This document shows, piece after piece, positions 9,656 through 18,778 of a stretch of 64,000 nucleotides of DNA; the first letter of the stretch is position 1, and the number at the start of each line of letters is the position of its first letter. The notes below the pieces were generated by a model, which saw only the letters and a program-made list of their open reading frames with translations, had not been told where the DNA came from and did not search any database. The stretch spans positions 187,278 to 251,277 of the forward strand of contig JAOZFN010000007.1 of assembly GCA_027492205.1 (NCBI GenBank), read 5' to 3'. The position numbers and the translations under genes are program-made. The stretch is from Thermoproteota archaeon (lineage in GTDB: Archaea > Korarchaeota > Korarchaeia > Korarchaeales > Korarchaeaceae).

Positions 9656-10015
9656 CTACTCTTCCCTCTTCCCGCCCCTGACTACACCCAGTACCACATG
9701 GCTCACGGTCTTGGCCAGTCTCCTCGTCTCAGCGATCTTTACGACATCCCCCTCCTTAACATCGATGCACGGTGGCAGGTGCGCGTGGATCTTGCTCCTC
9801 CTTCTCTCGTACCTCTTGAACTTCGGCACGTAGTGGAGGTAGCTTATTTGAACAGTGACCGTCCGAGTCATCTTCGTCGAAACGACCTCTCCGACTAGGG
9901 TCTTTCCCCTGATTGATATCGTGCCGTGCCAGGGGCACTTGTCGTCGTCGCACTCCCTTTCGGGCGGTATCACATCGGAGACCAGATAGTCAGGAAGGGA
10001 CCTAACCCTGCTCAT
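9656..10015 (-). CDS. rps17: 30S ribosomal protein uS17
   Basis: CDDDKCPWHG, VPKFKRYERRRSKIHAH, ETRRLAKT. Confidence 0.96.
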   Translation of the reverse strand: MSRVRSLPDYLVSDVIPPERECDDDKCPWHGTISIRGKTLVGEVVSTKMTRTVTVQISYLHYVPKFKRYERRRSKIHAHLPPCIDVKEGDVVKIAETRRLAKTVSHVVLGVVRGGKREE

Positions 10016-10320
10016 ATCCTCTTCACCCTCTCCTCCGGTCTTCCTACAATCTTATCGCCAAGAACCCTGACGCGCCTGCCGGATGGCAGGGTAAACAAAA
10101 ACACTCTGTGAGACTTAGGTATCAGGCGGCGTCCTCTGTGGGTCTCCAGCACGAGTAGGTGGTGGGTTTCATCTACCACGACCCCCGAGAGCCCGACCTG
10201 ATCCGGATCCGGGGAGGACTCCACCTCAACTTTTAGCCCAATCAGCTCGTGGTATATCAGGTCAGATGGCTTCCTCGGAATTTTGACACGACGATAGAAC
10301 TCCTCAAAGGCGTTTATCAA
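10012..10320 (-). CDS. rnp1: Ribonuclease P protein component 1 (aRpp29)
   Basis: HELIGLKVEV...GVVVDET...IPK...GRPEER; canonical position in the operon. Confidence 0.93.
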   Translation of the reverse strand: MINAFEEFYRRVKIPRKPSDLIYHELIGLKVEVESSPDPDQVGLSGVVVDETHHLLVLETHRGRRLIPKSHRVFLFTLPSGRRVRVLGDKIVGRPEERVKRI

Positions 10321-10535
10321 GCCATGAACCCCCTCTCTCGCATTACGGTGAGCACTCGGGCGATCTGCCTGCGCACCAGCTTGAACTTGTGCACCTGCTC
10401 AGGAGGCGCGCCTGCGGCCAGCTTGGCCTGCAGATCGAAGTACTCCCGCCGCAGTTCACTGAGCCTATTCCTCAGCTCCTCCTCCGACAGCGTCCTCAGC
10501 TCCTCCAGAGTCTCGTTCCTCAACGGCAGATTCAC
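10317..10535 (-). CDS. rpl29: 50S ribosomal protein uL29
   Basis: ELRTLSEEEL...ELRRE...RRQIARVLTV. Confidence 0.92.
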   Translation of the reverse strand: MNLPLRNETLEELRTLSEEELRNRLSELRREYFDLQAKLAAGAPPEQVHKFKLVRRQIARVLTVMRERGFMA

Positions 10536-11313
10536 TCACCCCCTCAACCACACTCTCTTCGGCTTCGAGAGACCCTTCTTCGGCCTCCTCACCCGGGGTG
10601 TCGGAAGTCCCTTCCAGGAGTTCGGGCGGGATCTCCTCGCCCTCCCCGCCCTCGCCAGGTGCCTCACCTGAGAACTCCGCGAGGACCTCCTCCACCCTCT
10701 CAGGAATCACGATTATCTGATCTGGCATTGTGGACTCGTCCACCGGCTTGACAATTCTGACGCGGATCCCCAGCATGCCTTGAGGGAGCATAACGTGCCT
10801 GACCGCGTAATCCACGTAGCTCGTCGGCTCCTCACCGCAGCGGTAGATGACGCCCGCCCTAAATCTCTCCTCTCGGGCCCTCTGGCCGGTGAACTTCCCG
10901 GCTATCCTTATCTCAACGCCCTTGGCTCCCGAGGCCATCACCCTTCGGAGGGCGGCGAAGGCAGCCCTCTTGTGCCGCTCTCCCCTCATTATTCTCCTCG
11001 CAATGTAGTTCGCGACTATGCTGGCACTTAGGAAGGGCTGCTCAACCTTCTCCACCCTCAAGTACGGGTTCTGGAACCCAAACTCTCTCTTGAGAATCTC
11101 AGTGAGCCTCTTGGCTATCCTGCCGCCCCTCCCGATGACAAGTCCCGGCCTCTCCACGTAAAGCGTCACCACATCCCTGACCGGCGTCGTGACCACCTTG
11201 GCTCCGTGGAACCCCGCCCTATCGAGTTCTCCCAGAAGGAACTCGTAGACTCTGGCCTTGATCAGGCCCTCTTCAATAATCTTCTTGTAAGTTGGGCTTG
11301 CCTTGGCGCTCAA
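10465..11313 (-). CDS. rps3: 30S ribosomal protein uS3 with long acidic C-terminal tail
   Basis: KH motif RPGLVIGRGG, GAKGVEIRIAGK, GMLGIRVRI. Confidence 0.95.
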   Translation of the reverse strand: MSAKASPTYKKIIEEGLIKARVYEFLLGELDRAGFHGAKVVTTPVRDVVTLYVERPGLVIGRGGRIAKRLTEILKREFGFQNPYLRVEKVEQPFLSASIVANYIARRIMRGERHKRAAFAALRRVMASGAKGVEIRIAGKFTGQRAREERFRAGVIYRCGEEPTSYVDYAVRHVMLPQGMLGIRVRIVKPVDESTMPDQIIVIPERVEEVLAEFSGEAPGEGGEGEEIPPELLEGTSDTPGEEAEEGSLEAEESVVEGVSESAVEERDSGGAEDAVGGGAEE

Positions 11314-11320
11314 GCCACGA

Positions 11321-11785
11321 TCACCCCCGCTCCTCCAGGACCACCTCTAGGTGGACCAGCTGCTCTACCTTGGGAGTGGCCCTCCCGAAGGCCCTCGGGA
11401 AGAATCTCCTGAGCTTCGGCCCCTGCTGGGCTGCTATGTGCCTAATGAACAGCCTCTCCGTGTCGAGCCCCTTCTGCTCGGCATTGGCCTCCGCGCTCTT
11501 GAGAAGCTTCATCGCCAGCTTGGCGGCCTTCACCGGAAACCTGCCAGCCTTCCAGCCCTGGAGCTGCCGCCGGTGGCCCACGCCCTTCTTGTACCTCTTG
11601 AAGGGAACGGGCCTCCTGAGGGAGATCACGTCCTCCAGTATCCTGCGAGCGTCTTCGAGAGATTTACCCCTGAGCTCACGAACGAGCTCAACCATCTCCT
11701 TGAAGGAGACTCTGAGGTCCCTGGCAGAGGCCTTCACTTGGTTTTCAGCTAGCTCCTGAGCGTAAGAGTATCCAAAGTTCGGCAC
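11321..11785 (-). CDS. rpl22: 50S ribosomal protein uL22
   Basis: DLRVSFK, VPFKRY, GRFPVKAA, PRAFGRA. Confidence 0.96.
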   Translation of the reverse strand: MPNFGYSYAQELAENQVKASARDLRVSFKEMVELVRELRGKSLEDARRILEDVISLRRPVPFKRYKKGVGHRRQLQGWKAGRFPVKAAKLAMKLLKSAEANAEQKGLDTERLFIRHIAAQQGPKLRRFFPRAFGRATPKVEQLVHLEVVLEERG

Positions 11786-11829
11786 TGAGCCACCACCTCT
11801 AGCTTTCGCCCAGACCGAGTTGGTGAGGT

Positions 11830-11837
11830 TATTTAAA
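11830..11837 (-). promoter_or_regulatory. TATA box for the rpl22-rps17 cluster
   Basis: TTTAAATA on the minus strand about 45 nt upstream of rpl22. Confidence 0.6.
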
Positions 11838-11853
11838 CATGGTTCGGAGAGTC

Positions 11854-12879
11854 CTACTGAGGTCTTCTTTTCTCCCTCTTCAACAGCGCGTACACCAGGA
11901 CGACCGTCCCCGCTAGGGGAGGGACGAGCGGGAGTATCACGGCGCCGGCACCTGTTAAACCAGTTCCACTGGTCTTCAGCTTACCGAGATCTACCCTAAT
12001 TCCCTCTGGATTGTCGACGGCGCTGAGTTCCCAAACGACCGAGTTCATGTCCAGCTTAAAGGGGTTTGGATCGGCGCCGACTATAGACTGGTCGGGAACT
12101 TCCTCCCTGAATATGAGCGTGTAGGCCGCTCCCCTCGGGAGGGCCGTTGTGATGGGGTCCAAGTACACCGAGGTGACGCCCCCCTCCCTCTTGAGGGGGT
12201 AGGGCGATTCGAAAGATACCGTCTTCCCGCTGATCTCATAGGCCAGGTCTCCAACCCAGTCAGGCTTCACTGGGGGTTGGGGAGACTGTAGAACGAAGTG
12301 GATCCTGTACTCCTCCAAAAATGGCGTCTCGCTCCTCACCGGAGCCTCTACCGTGAATCCCCTGCCGGTTAGGTTCTTGCCCGTCACGGGGTTCGTGAAG
12401 TTGACTATTAGGTCGGTTCTCACGGTGGGCCTTGGGATCATGAGAAAGCCCTCTCCGAACAGCGTCTTCATCAGCTCCTGGAGCGCGAGGTACGGAGACC
12501 CCATGGACTGAAGAGAGTTCCATAGCCTGATCGCCAAGTCCGGGTTGGCACCCTCGGGTAGGTTCGGAGTTATGTAGAGTCGGTAGGTCCCCCCGAGCGC
12601 GTCTCCTGACCTCTTCAGCTCAACGTACCCCTCATACCTTATGCCCATCGCCAGAGGGATCCCTCTCCTGGTGTAGCTGCTGAATTCTATCGTCGAGAAG
12701 GGTCTGTGAACGTACCCCGAGAAGTTGACGCTGAAGTCCGGATTGAGCGTGATCGTCACGACGGACTCGTCTGGGAACGGAGCTTCTATCCCCACTGGTG
12801 GAACCGAATTGGCAAGCGGGGTCGACACCACCATCATGGCAATCAGCGACGTGACCGTGATCCTGGCGATCCTGTTCAT
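11854..12879 (-). CDS. Hypothetical secreted protein with C-terminal membrane anchor
   Basis: N-terminal signal peptide, N-x-S/T sequons, C-terminal hydrophobic helix followed by KREKRR. Confidence 0.7.
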   Translation of the reverse strand: MNRIARITVTSLIAMMVVSTPLANSVPPVGIEAPFPDESVVTITLNPDFSVNFSGYVHRPFSTIEFSSYTRRGIPLAMGIRYEGYVELKRSGDALGGTYRLYITPNLPEGANPDLAIRLWNSLQSMGSPYLALQELMKTLFGEGFLMIPRPTVRTDLIVNFTNPVTGKNLTGRGFTVEAPVRSETPFLEEYRIHFVLQSPQPPVKPDWVGDLAYEISGKTVSFESPYPLKREGGVTSVYLDPITTALPRGAAYTLIFREEVPDQSIVGADPNPFKLDMNSVVWELSAVDNPEGIRVDLGKLKTSGTGLTGAGAVILPLVPPLAGTVVLVYALLKREKRRPQ

Positions 12880-12931
12880 TCTCCTTGACCTCCTTCAGGA
12901 TCGGGGCTCACGACGGCAGGTTATATAAATC

Positions 12932-15484
12932 ATGGTTCGCCTTGTGGCGTCGGGGAATTCGCTCGGAGAGGCGTCTCAATTGGTGCCCGCCGCGGGTAGA
13001 GTGGGCTACCTTCTCTCGGTCTACTACGAGGGTTCTGAGAGGAAAGCTGTCGCCAAGTTGTACGACCCAGAGAGCGGGGAAATCTTTCACGTCCCGGACT
13101 GGACGGGCCACAGGCCCTACCTCCTCACCGACGCAAGGCCGGAAGAGGTAGAGGAGCTTGCCGGTAGGTTGGCCGCCAGGATCGCGGGCTACGCTCCCTC
13201 AGAGAAGTGGGACGTGGTCAGGCTCAGGAAGGCCAGGCTGACCAGGGTGGAGACGAAGGACCCGCTCGCGGTCGGAGGAGATAGGGGCGGCGGGCTCAGG
13301 GAACTCCTTGGAAGGGCGGGTCACCAGGTGTGGGAGGCTCGGATAAAGTACTATGAGAGCTACATATACGACGTCGGGCTGATCCCCGGCCTCCCCTACA
13401 GGGTGAGCGAGGACGGGAGGCTTGAGCCGCTGATCCCGGACGACGTCAAACTTCCACGCCTCGCCCACACGCTCTCGGACGAGGCGAGCCGGCGCCTCAT
13501 GGAAGATATCGCCAGGATACTTGAGGTCAGGGCTCCAAAGATGCGGAGCGTGGCCTTAGACATAGAGGTGGCCGCCGCCGAGAATCAAATCCCCTCCGTC
13601 AAGGAGGTGAGGCATCCGGTCATAGCCGCGGCCCTGGCCGGGGACGACGAGAACGAGGTCCACCTGCTAAGGAGGGGCGCGCCTGAGGTACCGGGGGAGA
13701 TCGACGGTGCCAGGGTGGTGGTGCACGAGAGTGAGGCCGAGCTGATTAGGACCGTTTTGGACAAGATCTCTAGGTACCCGGTCGTGTTCACCTTCAATGG
13801 CGACGGGTTCGACATGCCCTACCTCGCCAAGAGGGCGCAGGAGCTGGGGGTGAATCCGAGGCCAATAAGGCTCGAGCGAGACCGGGCTCTCCTCGACACC
13901 GGCGTCCATATAGACCTCTACCAGCTATACAGCAACAGGTCGGTGCAGGTCTACATCTTTGGGGGCAAGTACCTGGGGACGACCCTGGACGAGATAGCCC
14001 AGGCGATAGTTGGCGTAGGGAAGCTGGAGGTCGGCAGGGACTTCACATCCATCGAGACCGCAAGGCTGGCCAGCTACTGTTACAGAGACGCTAAGATCAC
14101 CCACATGCTGGGAAACGTCCTGGACGGAAGGCTCATCGACCTTCTCATGCTGTTCGCCCGTCTGAGCAAGCTCCCGCTGGAGGACGTGGCGAGGCTGGGT
14201 ATCTCCCAGTGGATCAAGAACATGGTCTACTTCGAGTACAGGAGGAGAGACTGGCTGATTCCCAACAAGGAGGAGATAATCCTCGTCAGGGGGGCAGAGA
14301 CCTACAGCAGGGCGCTGATCAAGGGAAAGAAGTACATGGGGGCGATAGTGCTTGAGCCGGTCCCGGGCGTGCACTTCGACGTTCACGTCATGGACTTCGC
14401 GAGCCTGTACCCCAGCATAATTGCCCGGTGGGGGGTGAGCTTTGAGACCGTGAACTGCCCGCACACGGAGTGCCGTTCTAACAGGCCTGTTGAAGGGCTC
14501 CCACACTGGATATGCACCCACGATGAGGTCGGCCTCATCCCCAAGCTAATCGGGGTCCTCAGGGACCTCAGGGTGGGGTGGTACAAGAGGCTGGCTAGGG
14601 ACAGGAGCCTGCCGGAGGAGCAGAGGCGCTGGTATGACGTGATCCAAAGTGGGCTCAAGGTTCTCCTCAACGCATCTTACGGGGTCTTCGGATATGAGAA
14701 CTTCCCACTGTACTCCCCTCCGGCGGCCGAGATGATAACGGCCCTTGCGAGGAAGGCCATGACGACCGCGCTGAGGATTGCTCGAGAACTCGGGTTGAAC
14801 GTGGTGTACGGCGACACGGACTCATTGTTCATCAAGGGAGCCTCGGAGGGTGACCTGAGGGCACTGGAGAGGCGGGTTGAGGAGGATCTGGGGATCGACA
14901 TAGAGCTGGAGAAGCACTACAGATACGTGATCCTCTCGAGGCTCAAGAAGAACTACTTGGGCGTGAGAGACGACGGCACCGTTGACATCAAGGGCCTGCT
15001 TGGGAAGAAGCGTAACGTCCCGGACCTTGTCAGGCGGGCCTTCGCCGAGGTGATCGACATACTCAGGTCGGTTCATGACCCGGCCGACTTTGAAGGCGCC
15101 AGGAGGGAGATCAAGGAGAAGATCAGGGAGTACGTGAACCGACTCAGGAACAGGGAGTTCAGCCTCGAGGAGGTCTCGTTCAGGATGGTACTGACCAAGC
15201 CTCTAAAGTCCTACGTGAAGACGACCCCTCAACACGTAAAGGCGGCCAAGATGCTCGAGGCTAGAGGCACCCGGGTTTACCCAGGGACCGTGATTGAGTT
15301 CGTGAAAACAACGGGCCGCCAGGGCGTGAAGCCGGTTTCTCTGGCCAAGAAGGAGGAGGTGGACATCCAGAAGTACATGGAGATCATGAAGACCACTTTC
15401 GAGCAGATACTCGACGTGCTGGGCATAGACTTCGACGAGGTTGCCGGAGGCGTCTCTGAGGAGGGGCTGGCGGCCTACTTCTGA
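12932..15484 (+). CDS. polB1: Family B DNA polymerase, PolB1 type (true start may be slightly downstream)
   Basis: ExoI DIE, FNGDGFD, DFASLYPSII, KVLLNASYGVFG, YGDTDS, KKNY; PolB1-type N-terminus (GHRPY, WEARIKY). Confidence 0.95.
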   Translation: MVRLVASGNSLGEASQLVPAAGRVGYLLSVYYEGSERKAVAKLYDPESGEIFHVPDWTGHRPYLLTDARPEEVEELAGRLAARIAGYAPSEKWDVVRLRKARLTRVETKDPLAVGGDRGGGLRELLGRAGHQVWEARIKYYESYIYDVGLIPGLPYRVSEDGRLEPLIPDDVKLPRLAHTLSDEASRRLMEDIARILEVRAPKMRSVALDIEVAAAENQIPSVKEVRHPVIAAALAGDDENEVHLLRRGAPEVPGEIDGARVVVHESEAELIRTVLDKISRYPVVFTFNGDGFDMPYLAKRAQELGVNPRPIRLERDRALLDTGVHIDLYQLYSNRSVQVYIFGGKYLGTTLDEIAQAIVGVGKLEVGRDFTSIETARLASYCYRDAKITHMLGNVLDGRLIDLLMLFARLSKLPLEDVARLGISQWIKNMVYFEYRRRDWLIPNKEEIILVRGAETYSRALIKGKKYMGAIVLEPVPGVHFDVHVMDFASLYPSIIARWGVSFETVNCPHTECRSNRPVEGLPHWICTHDEVGLIPKLIGVLRDLRVGWYKRLARDRSLPEEQRRWYDVIQSGLKVLLNASYGVFGYENFPLYSPPAAEMITALARKAMTTALRIARELGLNVVYGDTDSLFIKGASEGDLRALERRVEEDLGIDIELEKHYRYVILSRLKKNYLGVRDDGTVDIKGLLGKKRNVPDLVRRAFAEVIDILRSVHDPADFEGARREIKEKIREYVNRLRNREFSLEEVSFRMVLTKPLKSYVKTTPQHVKAAKMLEARGTRVYPGTVIEFVKTTGRQGVKPVSLAKKEEVDIQKYMEIMKTTFEQILDVLGIDFDEVAGGVSEEGLAAYF

Positions 15485-17403
15485 CCGCCCATCATCTCCT
15501 CCATGGCGGCCCTTAGCTTCCTGCTGACCACGGAACCGTCTACTCTGCCGCGGACGACAGACATCACCCTGCCCATGAGCCTGCCGAACGCCCGCATCCC
15601 GACCCTCTGTACTACCTCACGCTCCTCGTACAGCACCCTCCTGATTATCTCGTCAAGCTCCTCTTCGCTCATAGTGAGGCTCGCGGCCAGGTCAGAGGGG
15701 TCCAATTCGGGGTTCTCCGCGAGCTTCCTGAACACATTGGGGATGGCCTCCTTGGCTAGGCGACCCTCCGCCACCAGCCTGAGAGTGGTCTCCAGCGCCG
15801 AGTCGGGGATCCTGTGCACAGCAACCCCCTCCCCAGCCAGCCCTCGCAGCGTCGACGTGAGAGTAGATGCTATGAACCGGGGGGACAGGCCTGAGATCTC
15901 TGAGGCGACCCTCTCAAACTGCGCAATGCGCCCATCGTCCAGCAACATGTTGGCCAGGTCCTCGGTGAGGCCGTAGTGGGTCACGAGCCTTGAGATAACC
16001 CTGTCCGGCATCTCTGGGAGACCTCTGGCAAGTATCTTCCTCACTAGAGGGCCGGTCACCACAGGTAGCACGTCCGTTTCAGGGTACATCCTGGCGGAGC
16101 CCGGGAGAGGTCTCATGAATGCCGTGTTTCCGTCCGGTAGGGCTCTCCTGGTCTCCTCAGGTACTCCGAGCGCGGCCTGCATCACCCTCCTCCTGACCGC
16201 GTCCAGCGCCAGCTTGGCCTTTTCGCCGGAGGCGAGCACCAGCACGAACGCGTCGGACCTGTCAAGTCCGGCCTCCCTGTAGAGGTAGGACAGCTCTTGC
16301 TCCGTGATCCCGTACCCCGGCAGCTCGTCTGAGTGCAGGATTCCGGCGACGCCCCCGAAGACCTTGGCATAGTCCGAGAGTTCCGTACCGAACCTCCTGT
16401 TTGGCTGAACCTCCCTCCCGAGCAGGCCGCCCATTCCGGGCAGCTTGAGGAGCAGGGCCTTGGATCCCCTGGACAGGGACCGGCGCACTAGCTTAGACTT
16501 CGATCCACTCAGATGCTCGGTCACGTCCAGCGTCTCGGCCGATTCGAACGAGGAGGGGGACAGCCCCCTGGACCTCATCTCGTCGCGGATTCTGAGCAGG
16601 TTCACCTGCCTGAGGGCTTCTCTCCTGACGACCTCGCTTATCAGATCGAGCTCCTGAACCCCCTTGATCTCCTGCCTGGCGCCCCCCTCTATGCTGACGT
16701 TGAGATCCTGCCTTATGCTCCCAATCCCCCTCTGGACCCTGCCCGTGGCTCTCAGTATGCGGCCAAGCTTCAGCGCGGCCTCCTTCGCCTGGTCCGGGGA
16801 CCTGATGTCGGCCCCAGTGGCCAGCTCTATCAGGGGAATGCCGAGCCTGTCCAGCCTGTATCGGGCCCCCTGTGGCGTGGTCTCCACGATATAGGCAGAT
16901 TCCTCCTCCAAGCACAGGGTAGAGAGCCTGACCTCCCCCTCCGAAGTCTCGATCGCGCTCTTCTCCCCACCGAGGGCCACCAGGGCCGTGCGCTGGAACC
17001 CCGTGGTGTTGCTCCCGTCAACCACTATCTTCCTCATGACATGGACCTCGTCCACGACATCCATGTTCAGCATCAGGGCGACCTCTATGGAGACCTCTAG
17101 GGCCTCAAGGTTCAGGGGGAGGGGCGGCGCCTCATCGAGCTCGACCTCGCAGGTGCTGTCGGAGTAGGCGCCGTACTCAAACACCCTGGCCCTGAGCGTC
17201 TCAAACCTGGCAGCCGGATCTATGGACCCCAGCTCGCTGTAGGAGACGCGGAGCCTCCTCCTGACCCAAAGGTGAGGTTCGTCGTGCCTCATGAGGGGAG
17301 GGCAGTGACAGAACAGCTTCTCCCTCGTGGCCAGCCTCTGGTGAATCTCTATTCCGACCCTGAGCCCCAGCTCGCGGTAGTCGAGGTCAGCCACCTCGGG
17401 CAC
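15475..17403 (-). CDS. gatE: Glu-tRNA(Gln) amidotransferase subunit E
   Basis: GIEIHQRL..KLFC.C, MRKIVVDGSNTTGFQRT, RGIGSIRQDLNVSI, RPLPGSARMYPETD. Confidence 0.97.
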   Translation of the reverse strand: MPEVADLDYRELGLRVGIEIHQRLATREKLFCHCPPLMRHDEPHLWVRRRLRVSYSELGSIDPAARFETLRARVFEYGAYSDSTCEVELDEAPPLPLNLEALEVSIEVALMLNMDVVDEVHVMRKIVVDGSNTTGFQRTALVALGGEKSAIETSEGEVRLSTLCLEEESAYIVETTPQGARYRLDRLGIPLIELATGADIRSPDQAKEAALKLGRILRATGRVQRGIGSIRQDLNVSIEGGARQEIKGVQELDLISEVVRREALRQVNLLRIRDEMRSRGLSPSSFESAETLDVTEHLSGSKSKLVRRSLSRGSKALLLKLPGMGGLLGREVQPNRRFGTELSDYAKVFGGVAGILHSDELPGYGITEQELSYLYREAGLDRSDAFVLVLASGEKAKLALDAVRRRVMQAALGVPEETRRALPDGNTAFMRPLPGSARMYPETDVLPVVTGPLVRKILARGLPEMPDRVISRLVTHYGLTEDLANMLLDDGRIAQFERVASEISGLSPRFIASTLTSTLRGLAGEGVAVHRIPDSALETTLRLVAEGRLAKEAIPNVFRKLAENPELDPSDLAASLTMSEEELDEIIRRVLYEEREVVQRVGMRAFGRLMGRVMSVVRGRVDGSVVSRKLRAAMEEMMGGQK

Positions 17404-18766
17404 CTCCCGAGAAGCAGGGCGGATAGGCCGAGGGGCTGATGGTCTCCGTCAGCTCGCCCACTTGGCTGGTTGTCATGAACCTCCTGAGGTCCTCGCCCTC
17501 CATGCCCCTGCCCAAGGCTACCATGAGCTTCACCGTGGCCACCTCAGGGAGCGTGTCGGCCGCCGGTATCACGCCGGCCTGGAGCATCCTCCTGCCCGTG
17601 GCGTAGACCTTCAGATCCACTCTCCCAAACAGGCACTGAGAGGTCACCACTACGGGGATTCCGGAGTCCACTATCTCCCCTATCTCGTCGACGATTCTAT
17701 TTGGGACGTGTCCAAGCCCAGTCCCGGCCATGACTATCCCCCTGTAGCCCGACGAGACTACAGCCTCCAAGAGGTCCCGTTCAATTCCTGGCCAGGAGTG
17801 GACCAGCGCGACGCGCGGCTCGATCTCGACCCTGGCCACCACCTCGGTAGGTTCGCTCGGCCTCCTCCTGAACCTGGGGTTCAGTATCTCTATACTCTTC
17901 TCGGTCACCCTTGCTAGGGGGGCCTCGTTCACCGACATGAAGGCGTCTCTCCTGGAGGTGTGCATCTTCCTCGCCCTGACTCCCCTGATCACCCAGGCGA
18001 AGTCGTCCGAGGTGCTGCCGTGCATGACTATCACGGACTCCGCCATTGGCCCCTCGGCCGCTACCCTGACGGCCGCGGTGACATTCAGGACCGCGTCCGT
18101 GCTAGGTCGATCTATAGACCTCTGCGAGCCGACTAGCACCACGGGTCCAGTCAGGCCCTCCAGCATGAAGGCCAGCGCGGACGCCGTGTAGTGCATTGTG
18201 TCTGTTCCGTGGGCCACCACGACCCCGCTCGCTCCGGAGTTAAACTCCTCAGCCACCTTCTTCGCTATCCTGCCCCACTCCTCTGGTCTGATGTCCTCGC
18301 TGAGCTTCGCCATCAGTGGGACGTAGGAGACGTTCGCCAGCTCGGCGATCTCCGGAATGAGGTCGATGAGTTCTTCGGGAGTCTCGGTGGGCTTAACCGC
18401 GCCTGTGGAGTAGTCGACTCTGGAGGCTATGGTGCCACCCGTCACCACGATAGGGACTGATGGGAGACCCTCTCTGGGGGACACTCTCGGGGGAGAGGGC
18501 CTCTCGGGCGGTCTCGCTCTGCCCAGCACCTCGACGGAGGAGATCTTCTCTACGTCAATTCCCACGTTGTACCCGTTGGACATCTTCAGGACGACGTGGA
18601 GGTCGTCCAGAATCTCGGGCCTGGGCATTAGGATGCCCTCATAGATCCTTCTTCCCGCGGTAACCCTCAGCAGGTCGTAGTCCTTGGCTCCGGCTGACTC
18701 CAACAGCTCTCTGGCTCTTCCGGAGTAAGAGAGGTTCATCCCGTAGGGTCTCCCCTTGGTCAACAA
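17387..18766 (-). CDS. gatD: Glu-tRNA(Gln) amidotransferase subunit D
   Basis: NGYNVG, TGGTIASRVDY.TG, HGTDTMHYTA, GSQRSIDRP, KMHTSRRDAF. Confidence 0.97.
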   Translation of the reverse strand: MLTKGRPYGMNLSYSGRARELLESAGAKDYDLLRVTAGRRIYEGILMPRPEILDDLHVVLKMSNGYNVGIDVEKISSVEVLGRARPPERPSPPRVSPREGLPSVPIVVTGGTIASRVDYSTGAVKPTETPEELIDLIPEIAELANVSYVPLMAKLSEDIRPEEWGRIAKKVAEEFNSGASGVVVAHGTDTMHYTASALAFMLEGLTGPVVLVGSQRSIDRPSTDAVLNVTAAVRVAAEGPMAESVIVMHGSTSDDFAWVIRGVRARKMHTSRRDAFMSVNEAPLARVTEKSIEILNPRFRRRPSEPTEVVARVEIEPRVALVHSWPGIERDLLEAVVSSGYRGIVMAGTGLGHVPNRIVDEIGEIVDSGIPVVVTSQCLFGRVDLKVYATGRRMLQAGVIPAADTLPEVATVKLMVALGRGMEGEDLRRFMTTSQVGELTETISPSAYPPCFSGGARGG

Positions 18767-18778
18767 AAACGGTGTCGG

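Noticed and set aside
12932-15484. Possible intein in PolB
   Set aside because: 850 aa with contiguous motifs; no insertion or intein termini seen
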